Positions 47,321 through 56,574 of a DNA stretch of 64,000 nt are shown here, piece after piece. The translations under genes and the position numbers were made by a program. Position 1 is the stretch's first letter; every line of letters starts with the position of its first letter. The DNA comes from a virus. The stretch is from positions 114,054-178,053 of the IMG/VR virus record IMGVR_UViG_3300020048_000018; one strand, 5' to 3'. The notes below the pieces were generated by a model. That model was not told the origin of the DNA. It searched no databases and worked only from the letters and a program-made list of their open reading frames with translations.

Positions 47321-47342
47321 TATAGCTTCGTATGAAGTTATA
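47321..47342 (+). ncRNA. C(GUAU)G leader hairpin, copy 3
   Basis: TATAGCTTC GTAT GAAGTTATA, 9 bp with one G.U. Confidence 0.55.
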
Positions 47343-47467
47343 AAGTTTTAAGTTCTACTATGTTTTAATTAAGTTAGTAAATCGGATAAAAATGCCGAGT
47401 AACTAGGTGATAAATACCTAAATGATTAAATACTACAAAAGAACAAATTGAATTAAAGGTGAAATAA

Positions 47468-49153
47468 ATGAGTTTACAAGCTAGGATGCAAGCCCGGAAA
47501 GATGCGGCTAACACAAGACAAAAAGTGAAGGAAACACTTTATAAAAACGAAAGATCTTATCGTGCAGACCGTCTTATTGAAGCATGGTCAAAAGTACCTG
47601 AAGTTGGAGCCGGTCTTAAACAACTCTCCCTTACAGAAGCACGTAACGTAGCAATCAACCTTGACCGCCAAGCATCCTTCATGGGAAAACTTAATGAAAC
47701 ACAGACCTCAAGTGCTCTTAATGGTTTTACTCCTGAAAATATGTTGAGATTGGTTAGATTAGCTATGCCTAACGTGGTACGTAACAAAATCTTCACAGAG
47801 TTTGCTATGGAAACCGCTCGTGACAGCATCAAGTACATCGAACCCGTTGTAGGCAAGTCACAGAATGGTAAGAATGATTTCTCAGGTCGCCACACTTCAA
47901 GTGAAGCAGACCCATGGGGAACTGACACTGGTTATGATGAAGAAGAAAAAAATCAAAGACGTGCTCTTTATGAAACAACTGAAGACCGTATCGTACAGGA
48001 ACTTGAAAATGCCGAAATCATTGAAGCCGCTGACATTGCAACTCCAGTGTTCATCAAAGGTGTTTCAACTGCAATCGTAGCTCATGACTTCGGTGGTATC
48101 GTTGGTATTGCTGATGCTTATATCGTTCTTGGTAAAACTGATGCAACGAGAGTTTGCGGATTCGACGAAGGTTTCATTGATGGTTACTTGACTGTTTACA
48201 AAGCAGGAAATGAAAACGATCCTATCGTTCTTCAGAACAAGAATACATTCTTCTTTGCTGGTGCAAATGAAGCCGGTCTAAGTTATGTAACAAGTATTGC
48301 TAAAACCGTTGTTGGTGGTGTTTATGCTGTTAAGTTTGGTACAGGTCTTACTGCTGGAGATATCTCTGGTCTTAAAGCTTATGCTCGTTTCGATTCTGAA
48401 ACAGACTTTGATGGCGACTACCTTGGTGAAGTAGAACTTCGTATGCATGATTATCAGTTCGTTCCACGCCCTACCTCAATCGGTATCACATGGTCACAAC
48501 TTTCTGAAATCAATCTTGATGCTTCTTTCTCAGTATCTGCTGAAGAACTTCTTGTTAGCTACGCTTCACAGGAAATCCGTGTTGCTCTTGACTATCGTGC
48601 AATTAAACTTGCATGGCAAGCCGCAAAAACTACTAAGAAATCTTCTGTAATCTTCGACGCTGGTTATTCCAGTTCAGGAGTTGGTGCAAAAGATGGTTAC
48701 TACCAGAACGCTCAGACTCTCATGACTGCTATCGAAACTGTTGGTGACAACATGTTAAATGATATCAACCGTGGTGGTGTAAGTCGCTTGGTTGCTGGTC
48801 CTTCTGCTGGTTCTTACATGAGACTTAACGCAGGATTCGCTGCTAAGGGTGCTATGAGAACTCTCGGTTGTCACCAAGTTGGTGAAATTGAAGGTATTCC
48901 GCTTTTCAAGGTTCCTTCAAAGATTATTCCTTCAAACGAGATACTTACTGTTTGGAAGAACGATGATAACGATGCAGACGTAAGTATTGCTTTCGGTACA
49001 TTGGTACCCTTCTTCAGTTCGGGAATTATCCAGAGAAAAAATTTCTATAAGGAAGCAAGTTTGGCTACTTATGGGGATTATAAGATTCTTCAACCAAAGT
49101 ATCTTAGCTCGATTAAAATCATCGGACTTAAAGATAAGACCTCAGACCTTTAA
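47468..49153 (+). CDS. major capsid protein (T4 gp23-like)
   Basis: LIEAWS, KLNE/TQTS..FTP..LVRLAMPN, QEIR..DYR, RGGVSRLVAGP, TYGD; highly biased codons; strong terminator. Confidence 0.9.
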   Translation: MSLQARMQARKDAANTRQKVKETLYKNERSYRADRLIEAWSKVPEVGAGLKQLSLTEARNVAINLDRQASFMGKLNETQTSSALNGFTPENMLRLVRLAMPNVVRNKIFTEFAMETARDSIKYIEPVVGKSQNGKNDFSGRHTSSEADPWGTDTGYDEEEKNQRRALYETTEDRIVQELENAEIIEAADIATPVFIKGVSTAIVAHDFGGIVGIADAYIVLGKTDATRVCGFDEGFIDGYLTVYKAGNENDPIVLQNKNTFFFAGANEAGLSYVTSIAKTVVGGVYAVKFGTGLTAGDISGLKAYARFDSETDFDGDYLGEVELRMHDYQFVPRPTSIGITWSQLSEINLDASFSVSAEELLVSYASQEIRVALDYRAIKLAWQAAKTTKKSSVIFDAGYSSSGVGAKDGYYQNAQTLMTAIETVGDNMLNDINRGGVSRLVAGPSAGSYMRLNAGFAAKGAMRTLGCHQVGEIEGIPLFKVPSKIIPSNEILTVWKNDDNDADVSIAFGTLVPFFSSGIIQRKNFYKEASLATYGDYKILQPKYLSSIKIIGLKDKTSDL

Positions 49154-49176
49154 TCTTATGGTAGAATAGACTTTAC

Positions 49177-49204
49177 AGGAGCACCTTTTTGGTGCTCCTT
49201 TTTT
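49177..49204 (+). terminator. intrinsic terminator
   Basis: AGGAGCACC-TTTTT-GGTGCTCCT plus T tract. Confidence 0.9.
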
Positions 49205-49210
49205 ATTTTT

Positions 49211-49219
49211 TGTTAATCT
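49211..49219 (+). promoter_or_regulatory. TGTTAATCT promoter
   Basis: 9 nt before ATG 49229. Confidence 0.5.
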
Positions 49220-49228
49220 AATATCAAG

Positions 49229-51103
49229 ATGAAAATAGAAATTAAGAACTTATATACCAAGGAAAATCCTTTAGAAATATTCTCAATAGAAGAGGCTAAG
49301 CTTCAATCCTATTCACAAAAAATATATGTGAAGTTTATTTGTGAAGATTGTGGTAAGATATCACAAAAACTTGCAATCAGTGTTGTGAATACAAAAAGTT
49401 TAACTTGTTCAGGTTGTGCAAGAAAGAGAACATATATTGAGAGATTTGGGGTAGATAATCCTGCTAAATTACAATCCTCAAAAGACAAAGTAATTAAAAC
49501 CTGTCAAGATAAATATGGGACTGATAGTCCTTTACAAAATACAGAAGTAAAAGATAAAATAGTGAAAACTAATCTGGAGAGAAGAGGGGTAGCTTGTTCT
49601 CTTCAAGACCCTAAGGTAAGAGCATTAGGGTCTAAAACTAAACTAAAAATTTATGGGGATGCTAACTATAATAACCCTAAAAAAGCCTCTGAAACAAATC
49701 TTGATAGATTTGGAACAACCTCTCCGTCTAAAAACTTAGAGATAAAAGAAAGAGGTATAGAAACTAGTATTAAGCTCTATGGAAATAGGTGTCCTTTGAT
49801 GAATGTAGACATTAGGAATAAGGCAAACTTCACTATGCGAAAAAATTATGGAGAGAATATTTTAAATGTTTTTCAAGCAGAACCTATTAAAGCTCAGTGT
49901 AGAGCAACACTAAAAGAAAAAACTGGTTATGAATATACAATGCAAGATCCTGCTACACGAAAAAAAGCTAGACGGTCAAGCGGTCAATCTTTTCCTGAGA
50001 AGAAAACGAGTGAATTACTAATAAGTGAAGGGTTTATATTTGAGTCTGAATACTATGTGAATGGAAAATGTTTTGATTTTGCTATATTCAATAAAGAAGG
50101 TACCTTAAACACATTGATAGAAATTGATGGAGAGTACTTTCATGGATTACTAAATGACTATGATGGATATCATGTACATGGCGAGAAAGACTGTGAAAGG
50201 TTTGAAAAAGTTCCCGAGGGTGTGAAGTTTATAGTTTGTGATTCCAAACATATTGAAAAAGCTTTTAGTCTGCTCTGTGAAAATTTTGAGATTAGTTATG
50301 AAAACTGGATTCAAACAATAATAGACAGTTGCAATAGTATTAGTTTTCCCTATCCAACCTATGAGCCTAAAAGATTGCTCGATGATTGGAAAAAGCTTTG
50401 TGGAAATGTAACATATAACAAAAACTCTCATGTTGGACAATCCATAATAAGTAACTATCACAAATCAATATTCACCTCAAGGGTAGGTAATTTTCCTACT
50501 CCAGTTGAAGCATGGAATAATCCTGAGTTATTAGCGAAAAACATTAGGAACAGATTTATTTATTCTAATGAACTGAGCACTCAAAAAATTGCAGATGGAT
50601 TTAATGTCTCAAGGATATCCCCTAAAGTTTCTGTTTTTCGTGCTATACTTGCTAAACACTTGATTTCAAAATACTTATCAAATTCAAAAGAAGTTTTCGA
50701 CCCTTTCAGTGGATTTAGTGGTAGAATGCTTGGAACCTGTTCCCTCAATAAAAGGTATATCGGACAAGATATTAATGCAGAGCATATCACTGAGTCAAAC
50801 GGTATTATTAGTTTCTTAAACCTAGACGCTAGAGTTGAACAAAAGAGTTTAGTTGAGTCTACTGGTAACTATGAAACTTTATTCACTTCTCCACCTTATA
50901 ACTTAACAGAAACTTGGAGCAATGATAATCAAAAAAACTTTTCTTGTGACGAGTGGATTGATGAATGCTTAAAAAGATTTAAGTGTGAAAAATATTTATT
51001 TGTAGTGGATAATACAGAAAAGTATAAAGGGAATATAGTTGAAGAACTACCATTACGATCCAATTTTGGAGATAGAATTGAATATGTAATCCTTCTATCC
51101 TAG
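49229..51103 (+). CDS. homing-endonuclease / DNA methyltransferase fusion
   Basis: CxxC..CxxC; ~8 (K/R)xYG repeats; FDFAI..IEIDGEYFH nuclease; FDPFSGFSGR..QDIN..TSPPY MTase. Confidence 0.75.
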   Translation: MKIEIKNLYTKENPLEIFSIEEAKLQSYSQKIYVKFICEDCGKISQKLAISVVNTKSLTCSGCARKRTYIERFGVDNPAKLQSSKDKVIKTCQDKYGTDSPLQNTEVKDKIVKTNLERRGVACSLQDPKVRALGSKTKLKIYGDANYNNPKKASETNLDRFGTTSPSKNLEIKERGIETSIKLYGNRCPLMNVDIRNKANFTMRKNYGENILNVFQAEPIKAQCRATLKEKTGYEYTMQDPATRKKARRSSGQSFPEKKTSELLISEGFIFESEYYVNGKCFDFAIFNKEGTLNTLIEIDGEYFHGLLNDYDGYHVHGEKDCERFEKVPEGVKFIVCDSKHIEKAFSLLCENFEISYENWIQTIIDSCNSISFPYPTYEPKRLLDDWKKLCGNVTYNKNSHVGQSIISNYHKSIFTSRVGNFPTPVEAWNNPELLAKNIRNRFIYSNELSTQKIADGFNVSRISPKVSVFRAILAKHLISKYLSNSKEVFDPFSGFSGRMLGTCSLNKRYIGQDINAEHITESNGIISFLNLDARVEQKSLVESTGNYETLFTSPPYNLTETWSNDNQKNFSCDEWIDECLKRFKCEKYLFVVDNTEKYKGNIVEELPLRSNFGDRIEYVILLS

Positions 51104-51113
51104 TCAAATTTTT

Positions 51114-51122
51114 TGTTAATAT
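51114..51122 (+). promoter_or_regulatory. TGTTAATAT promoter (leaderless candidate)
   Basis: 7 nt before ATG 51130. Confidence 0.55.
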
Positions 51123-51129
51123 ATAATAC

Positions 51130-52029
51130 ATGTCTATCACAAAGGAACTCTTCATTGAGAGGGCTAAATTATTTCATGGTGAAAAGTATGATTATTCTCA
51201 GGTAGACTATGTTGGTTCGAGAGGAAAAGTTAAAATTATATGTCCCTCACATGGAGTATTTTTTCAGAGGTCTGATAGTCATTTATCGGGGTCAGGTTGC
51301 AACAAATGTGGGAGAGAAACTACTTCCTTAACAGAAGAAGCGTTTGTGAAGAAAGCAAGAATGGTTCATGGTGAAAGATATGACTATTCCTCTTTATTCT
51401 ACAATGGGTCAGGACTAAAGGTTGATATTATTTGCCCCCAACATGGAGTTTTTTCACAAGTAGCAAATAGTCATCTGATGGGCGAAGGATGTCCCAGTTG
51501 TTCAGGGAACAAGAAATCAACAACGGAAGAATTTAAGCAAAAAGCAACGATAGTACACAAGGGTAGATATGATTACACACTTCTTGAATATATTAATTCA
51601 AGGATTAAGGTGAAAATTATTTGTACTGAACATGGAAGTTTTCTTCAATCAACTGGAGACCACCTAAATGGGGTAGGATGTCCACGATGTTGTTATTCTC
51701 ATGGAGAACTTGAGATTAGGTCAATATTACAAAAAAATAACTTAAAGTTTGTTGAACAATATAGAATTAAGGCTTGTAGAAATAAGAAACCCCTTCCGTT
51801 TGATTTTGCAATATTTGAAAATGAAAATCTCAAGTATCTGATAGAGTATGATGGGATACAACACTTTGTTCCTGTGAAATGGTTTGGTGGACTCAATGGC
51901 TTTAATAGAATTCACAATAATGATTTAATAAAAACGCAGTATTGTATAGACAATAATATAGAGTTGATAAGAATAAAATATGATGAGGAGGATATTGAAA
52001 CAAAAATAAATAAGTTGAAACTTATTTAA
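51130..52029 (+). mobile_element. homing endonuclease-like: 3 Zn-finger repeats plus DUF559/Vsr-like nuclease
   Basis: Paralog of 45091-46167; SHGE..PFDF..IEYDGIQHF. Confidence 0.8.
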
Positions 52030-52049
52030 AATTGTGATATATTAGAGAT

Positions 52050-52247
52050 ATGAATGAAGAAACAACACTTTTAAAGATAGACGCAGATTATTACCGAGAA
52101 TTATTGCTCCGTGGGGTGGTATCTTATGATACTGCAAGGGAACATATAATGCCTTATATAGATGCAATAAACAAAAAATCAAAAGAATTGGCAAAAAAAT
52201 ATAAAGTAACTGCAAAAATAATAAGTTTTTCCAGTTTTGTTAGGTGA
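52050..52247 (+). CDS. small hypothetical protein
   Basis: TGnTATATT 6 nt upstream. Confidence 0.5.
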   Translation: MNEETTLLKIDADYYRELLLRGVVSYDTAREHIMPYIDAINKKSKELAKKYKVTAKIISFSSFVR

Positions 52248-52252
52248 AAAAA

Positions 52253-53020
52253 ATGGAAATCTCGGAAAGTGATAAAACTGGAATAAAGTATTGGACAAAG
52301 CATGGTAAAATAGGGATGATGGGAAAGTTTGGTAATTTGTCCCCAGACCCCAGATGGTATTATAAAAATAGTAGTAATGCAGTATGTTTTGATGTTTCGT
52401 TAACCCCTCTCCCGAAAACTTCTTATGCCTATATAACAGAGTCCGATTTCTTAACAATCCCTAAAAAAGAAATTAAGTCTAAGTATATATTAAACCAGAT
52501 TGTCAGTAATATTGATGATAAGTTTTTATCTGTCAGGGGAAATAAATACAAAGAGTTTCGCAATGTAATAAACCGATACAAGGGTCTTGATATTAAGGAA
52601 TCCCCAGAATCACTTGATGAGGTACTAACCTTTATTAATGAATGGGAAGAATATCGGGGAGACGCTAAGTATGGTTGGCAAATGCATACTGGTTATGACA
52701 AATCATTTTTTGAGAGATTCTATGGAAAGGAGACAGACATTCAATGTTTATTTTTTTATCAAGTAGAACGATTGGTAGGATTTTCAGTTATTTCTATTGA
52801 TAATCCGAAAGAGCCATTAGTGTATATGTTAGGAAAGAATGATACTAGGCTTAAGGGATTATCACTGTATATTGATTTTATTTCATTTAAGAAGTTGTAT
52901 GAAAAGTTTGGAAAGGTGTTGATAAATTGGGGTGCATCCTCTGGAAGTCTTTTATCCTATAAGAGAAAGTTTCCTATTTACACGGAAGATAAATTATATT
53001 TTTTTAGGAAGGTTTTATGA
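52253..53020 (+). CDS. DUF2156/MprF-C-like GNAT-fold protein
   Basis: LSVRGNKYKEFRN, LVGFS, INWGASSG..YKRKFP. Confidence 0.55.
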   Translation: MEISESDKTGIKYWTKHGKIGMMGKFGNLSPDPRWYYKNSSNAVCFDVSLTPLPKTSYAYITESDFLTIPKKEIKSKYILNQIVSNIDDKFLSVRGNKYKEFRNVINRYKGLDIKESPESLDEVLTFINEWEEYRGDAKYGWQMHTGYDKSFFERFYGKETDIQCLFFYQVERLVGFSVISIDNPKEPLVYMLGKNDTRLKGLSLYIDFISFKKLYEKFGKVLINWGASSGSLLSYKRKFPIYTEDKLYFFRKVL

Positions 53021-54135
53021 ACGAAGTTCCCTTTGATGAAGACAACCATGACTTCCCTGATTTTATGAGTGTTAATGAGGATCAGTCTATAATTGGTCCA
53101 GAAGGAATTCCTTTAAGTTCTAAATATATTTGGTCTAAGAAGGGCGAAGACCGTGTTTCACTTATGGAATGGGTTTTTAATTATTATCGAACAAAAGGAT
53201 TATCTGCGGGTAATTTTACCGATGAAGAACTATTAAAAGACTTTCAACAATTAAAAAATAACAATGTGGAAGTTGTTGATGGAAAGGTTAGTCATTCTGC
53301 ATCCTGTGGATTAAAGATTGTTAAGAAGTTTACTTCAGAGCTTTACTTAAATGCTAAGGGTGGACCGAAAACTCTATCCTGCCTTGATGTTTTTCTAAAT
53401 GATGAAAAGTTTAAGAAAGTGTTGAAAAATAGAATGGGGTGGGTTTTAAATTTTGAGGATGGGTATGGTAGACCACTTATTTGGAATATTACCGATAAGA
53501 TGATATTCCAAGGTATGAGGTCTTCTGGTGTAGCTTATACGGTAAGTCAGTTTAAACCTGCTGTTGCAAAAATGTTGTATAAAAGATACAACGTAAAAAA
53601 AACATTTGACCCTTCTGCGGGTTGGGGTGCAAGAGCTATTGCGGCAGTTGCTTGTGGAGTAGAATATTATGCAACAGACCCTTTAACTTCCAGTAAGGTA
53701 AACAATCTTATTACTTTTTTTAATGGGAAAGGTACTGTATTTAACTCTGGTTCTGAGATTCAAGAAACTTACAAAGATATACCTACGGTAGATTTTATCT
53801 TTACTTCTCCCCCTTATTTTAATTTAGAAGTTTACTCAGATAATTCTTCACAATCAATAGAATCTTTTCCTAATTATTCCGAGTGGTTGGATAAATATTG
53901 GTCTCAAACTGTTGATAACTGTTTATCAATATTAGAAGGAAAGTTTGCTTTTACTATGATTGAAACTATTGGAAAGAATGAAATTTCTAAGGATATGATA
54001 AATATATGTTTATCAAAAAACTTAAAACTTATAGAAACAATAGACTTAATTACGCAAAAGTCTCATCTTTCAAATAAGAAAACTACCAAGTTGGTTTCTA
54101 AGAATACGGAACATATTTACATCTTTGAGAGATAA
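53017..54135 (+). CDS. DNA methyltransferase (N4C/N6A type)
   Basis: FDPSAGWGAR..ATDP..FTSPPYF. Confidence 0.8.
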   Translation: MNEVPFDEDNHDFPDFMSVNEDQSIIGPEGIPLSSKYIWSKKGEDRVSLMEWVFNYYRTKGLSAGNFTDEELLKDFQQLKNNNVEVVDGKVSHSASCGLKIVKKFTSELYLNAKGGPKTLSCLDVFLNDEKFKKVLKNRMGWVLNFEDGYGRPLIWNITDKMIFQGMRSSGVAYTVSQFKPAVAKMLYKRYNVKKTFDPSAGWGARAIAAVACGVEYYATDPLTSSKVNNLITFFNGKGTVFNSGSEIQETYKDIPTVDFIFTSPPYFNLEVYSDNSSQSIESFPNYSEWLDKYWSQTVDNCLSILEGKFAFTMIETIGKNEISKDMINICLSKNLKLIETIDLITQKSHLSNKKTTKLVSKNTEHIYIFER

Positions 54136-54155
54136 TTATTAAATTAAGAATAAAT

Positions 54156-54187
54156 GAGTACCTTTAACAGGGGTACTCCTTTTTTTT
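54156..54187 (+). terminator. intrinsic terminator
   Basis: GAGTACC/GGTACTC plus T tract. Confidence 0.75.
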
Positions 54188-54195
54188 GTTAATAT
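54187..54195 (+). promoter_or_regulatory. TGTTAATAT promoter (leaderless candidate)
   Basis: 7 nt before ATG 54203. Confidence 0.55.
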
Positions 54196-54202
54196 ATTAA
54201 TG

Positions 54203-54607
54203 ATGGATATAATATTTGAGCGAAATTCCTTCAATGAAACAGGGGAAGAAACAACTAGAACCTCTTTTGATTGTTATTTTAATGGCAATATAGTTGGTAG
54301 AATTGAAATATATGTGAATAAATATTTCCTAAGAAAACAGGAAATATATATAGAAGTTGAGCGAGAGTTTAGAAGACAAGGCTTTGCCAAATTAATCTAT
54401 TCAAACTTTCTTGAAAAATCTGTAAAATTAGGCTTTAAGAAAAAAACTTTTTATGCAGTTGTGAACCTGAATAATAAAGCATCCCTTAAACTTCATACCA
54501 GTCTTTTTCCTGTATGTGAAATTACCCATTTGTGTAAAGTTTTCCTCATTAAAAAGAAAAATATTGTTAATATACCATCTTATGAGGGAACCCATGGAAT
54601 TAAATAA
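54203..54607 (+). CDS. GNAT acetyltransferase
   Basis: VEREFRRQGFAK, NKASLKLH. Confidence 0.75.
   Translation: MDIIFERNSFNETGEETTRTSFDCYFNGNIVGRIEIYVNKYFLRKQEIYIEVEREFRRQGFAKLIYSNFLEKSVKLGFKKKTFYAVVNLNNKASLKLHTSLFPVCEITHLCKVFLIKKKNIVNIPSYEGTHGIK
54565..54573 (+). promoter_or_regulatory. internal TGTTAATAT promoter
   Basis: Upstream of SD GAGGG of MTase. Confidence 0.4.
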
Positions 54608-55406
54608 ATGCTACAATGAAAATTGCTTAGAAACTATGGGCAAAATGCCTGATAAATACATTGATCTTACTGTTACCTCGCCTCCCTACGACAACTTAAG
54701 AAATTACAAGGGCTATAGTTTTGATTTTGAGTCCGTAGCAAAAGAGCTGTATAGGGTAACAAAAGAGGGTGGAGTAGTTGTTTGGGTTGTAGGAGATTCC
54801 ACTATAAAAGGTAGTGAGTCAGGTACAAGTTTTAAACAAGCCCTGTATTTCAAAGAAATTGGATTCAACTTACACGATACAATGATATATCAAAAAAATG
54901 CTTTACCTAAAAATCATAATAGATATGAACAGGATTTTGAATACATGTTTGTCCTCAGTAAGGGAAAACCTAAAACATTTAATCCGATTCGTATACCCTG
55001 TCTTTATCCTGAGAAAGAAGATTCAAGAAAGAATAGTTATTTTTCAGAGACTACCGAAATTAATAGGGTTGCAAGATCCGGTAAAAAAAGAAGTCCTGTA
55101 GGACTGGATAAAATTAAAGGAAATATTTGGAAAATAAATACAGGGTCTGGACACAGCACCTTGGATAAGTTTGCCTTTGACCACCCTGCAATTTTTCCAG
55201 AAACTCTCGCTAATGACCATATCACTTCATGGTCAAATGAAAATGACCTTGTGTATGACCCCTTTAGTGGTTCAGGTACAACCTTAAAAATGGCAATTCT
55301 AAATAAACGAAACTGGATTGGTTCTGAAATAAGTGTAGAGTATTGTGAAATAATTAAAAAAAGAACAACTGGATTAGGATTCACCTTTTCCAAAAAGGAA
55401 TTCTAA
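54594..55406 (+). CDS. DNA methyltransferase (beta-class N4C/N6A)
   Basis: VTSPPY..HPAIFP..YDPFSGSGTT. Confidence 0.9.
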   Translation: MELNKCYNENCLETMGKMPDKYIDLTVTSPPYDNLRNYKGYSFDFESVAKELYRVTKEGGVVVWVVGDSTIKGSESGTSFKQALYFKEIGFNLHDTMIYQKNALPKNHNRYEQDFEYMFVLSKGKPKTFNPIRIPCLYPEKEDSRKNSYFSETTEINRVARSGKKRSPVGLDKIKGNIWKINTGSGHSTLDKFAFDHPAIFPETLANDHITSWSNENDLVYDPFSGSGTTLKMAILNKRNWIGSEISVEYCEIIKKRTTGLGFTFSKKEF

Positions 55407-56432
55407 ATGAACCTTGAAGAATTAAAAAATCAATACGATGTATCTGAACATATTGAAGAATCTATTGACATACCCGAGATGCCAAAAGAGGGAATAGTTC
55501 TCTTAGTGGGTTCCAGTGGAAGTGGTAAATCTACAATACTTAGAAGTTGGATGGGAGAAATCCCCGCTGTTGAATTTGATACTACTAAATCCGTTATTGA
55601 AAACTTTTCTTCTATAGACTCTGGGGATAGATTGCTCAGAGACTTTGGCTTGAAAAGTATACCTACATGGTTTCGCAGTTCTGCAACTTTATCGAATGGG
55701 GAATTTCATAGAGCACATTGCGCCCTCTTGGTTGATAAAGGTATTTGGTGTATAGATGAATTCACTTCTGTTGTAGATAGAAATACGGCTAAGTCATTAG
55801 CAAGTTCTATACGAAAACATCATAAAGGAGGTTTGTTAGTTCTTGCTTCCTGTCATAGGGATATCGCAGAATGGCTTCAGCCTGATTGGATATATGACAC
55901 TGATTCAAAAGAATTAACAAGGGGGTTACTTCAACGACCCTCAATCAACCTCGAAATTATTTCCAGCACCGTCAAAGATTGGGTTTATTTCAAGAAGCAT
56001 CACTATTTAAGTTCAAGCATATCAAAGAGTGTACATTGCTATACTGCTTACATAGAAAATAAACCTGTAGCGTTTCTTGCTATAATTCATAGATGTGGTC
56101 GGGACATTCATTCTTATTGGGGTGAATGTAGACTTGTAGTAATTCCAGAGTTTCAGGGATTAGGTATCGGTATACGTTTATCCGAAGCAATAGCCGAGGA
56201 ATATGTCTCAAGAGGTCTGAGGTATTTTGCAAAAACTTCCCACCCCTCTCTTGGAGAATATCGTAATAGTTCTGATAAGTGGAGACCTACAAGTACAAAT
56301 CAAGTAAGAAGATCAAGTTACTTAAAAGATGGAGAAGCTAGAATGCAAAAGGGTTTTGGAAAATCAAAAGAATCCATTATCAGAGATTCTAGAAGACTTT
56401 GCTACTCTCATGAGTTTAGAAAAAAGGTGTAG
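55407..56432 (+). CDS. ABC-ATPase / GNAT fusion
   Basis: GSSGSGKS, LSNGE, IDEFTS, SCH; RLVVIPEFQGLGIG. Confidence 0.85.
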   Translation: MNLEELKNQYDVSEHIEESIDIPEMPKEGIVLLVGSSGSGKSTILRSWMGEIPAVEFDTTKSVIENFSSIDSGDRLLRDFGLKSIPTWFRSSATLSNGEFHRAHCALLVDKGIWCIDEFTSVVDRNTAKSLASSIRKHHKGGLLVLASCHRDIAEWLQPDWIYDTDSKELTRGLLQRPSINLEIISSTVKDWVYFKKHHYLSSSISKSVHCYTAYIENKPVAFLAIIHRCGRDIHSYWGECRLVVIPEFQGLGIGIRLSEAIAEEYVSRGLRYFAKTSHPSLGEYRNSSDKWRPTSTNQVRRSSYLKDGEARMQKGFGKSKESIIRDSRRLCYSHEFRKKV

Positions 56433-56436
56433 TAAT

Positions 56437-56574
56437 ATGGAAGCTTGGAAATGGTGGTTTGTAATAAGTGTTTGGTTTATAGCTCCTGCTTTTTGTTCAG
56501 TAGGGATAATAGTTTCTTATTATTATCAGAAATTTAAAAAAAGGTATCCAGATAATGCAATTGATACATGGTGA
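56437..56574 (+). CDS. small membrane protein
   Basis: SD AAGGTG; single TM. Confidence 0.45.
   Translation: MEAWKWWFVISVWFIAPAFCSVGIIVSYYYQKFKKRYPDNAIDTW

Noticed and set aside
47557-49169. Alternative-frame and antisense ORFs in the MCP
   Set aside because: Shadow ORFs
45091-52029. DGR template/variable repeat pair
   Set aside because: Paralogues differ at all base types and no reverse transcriptase is present
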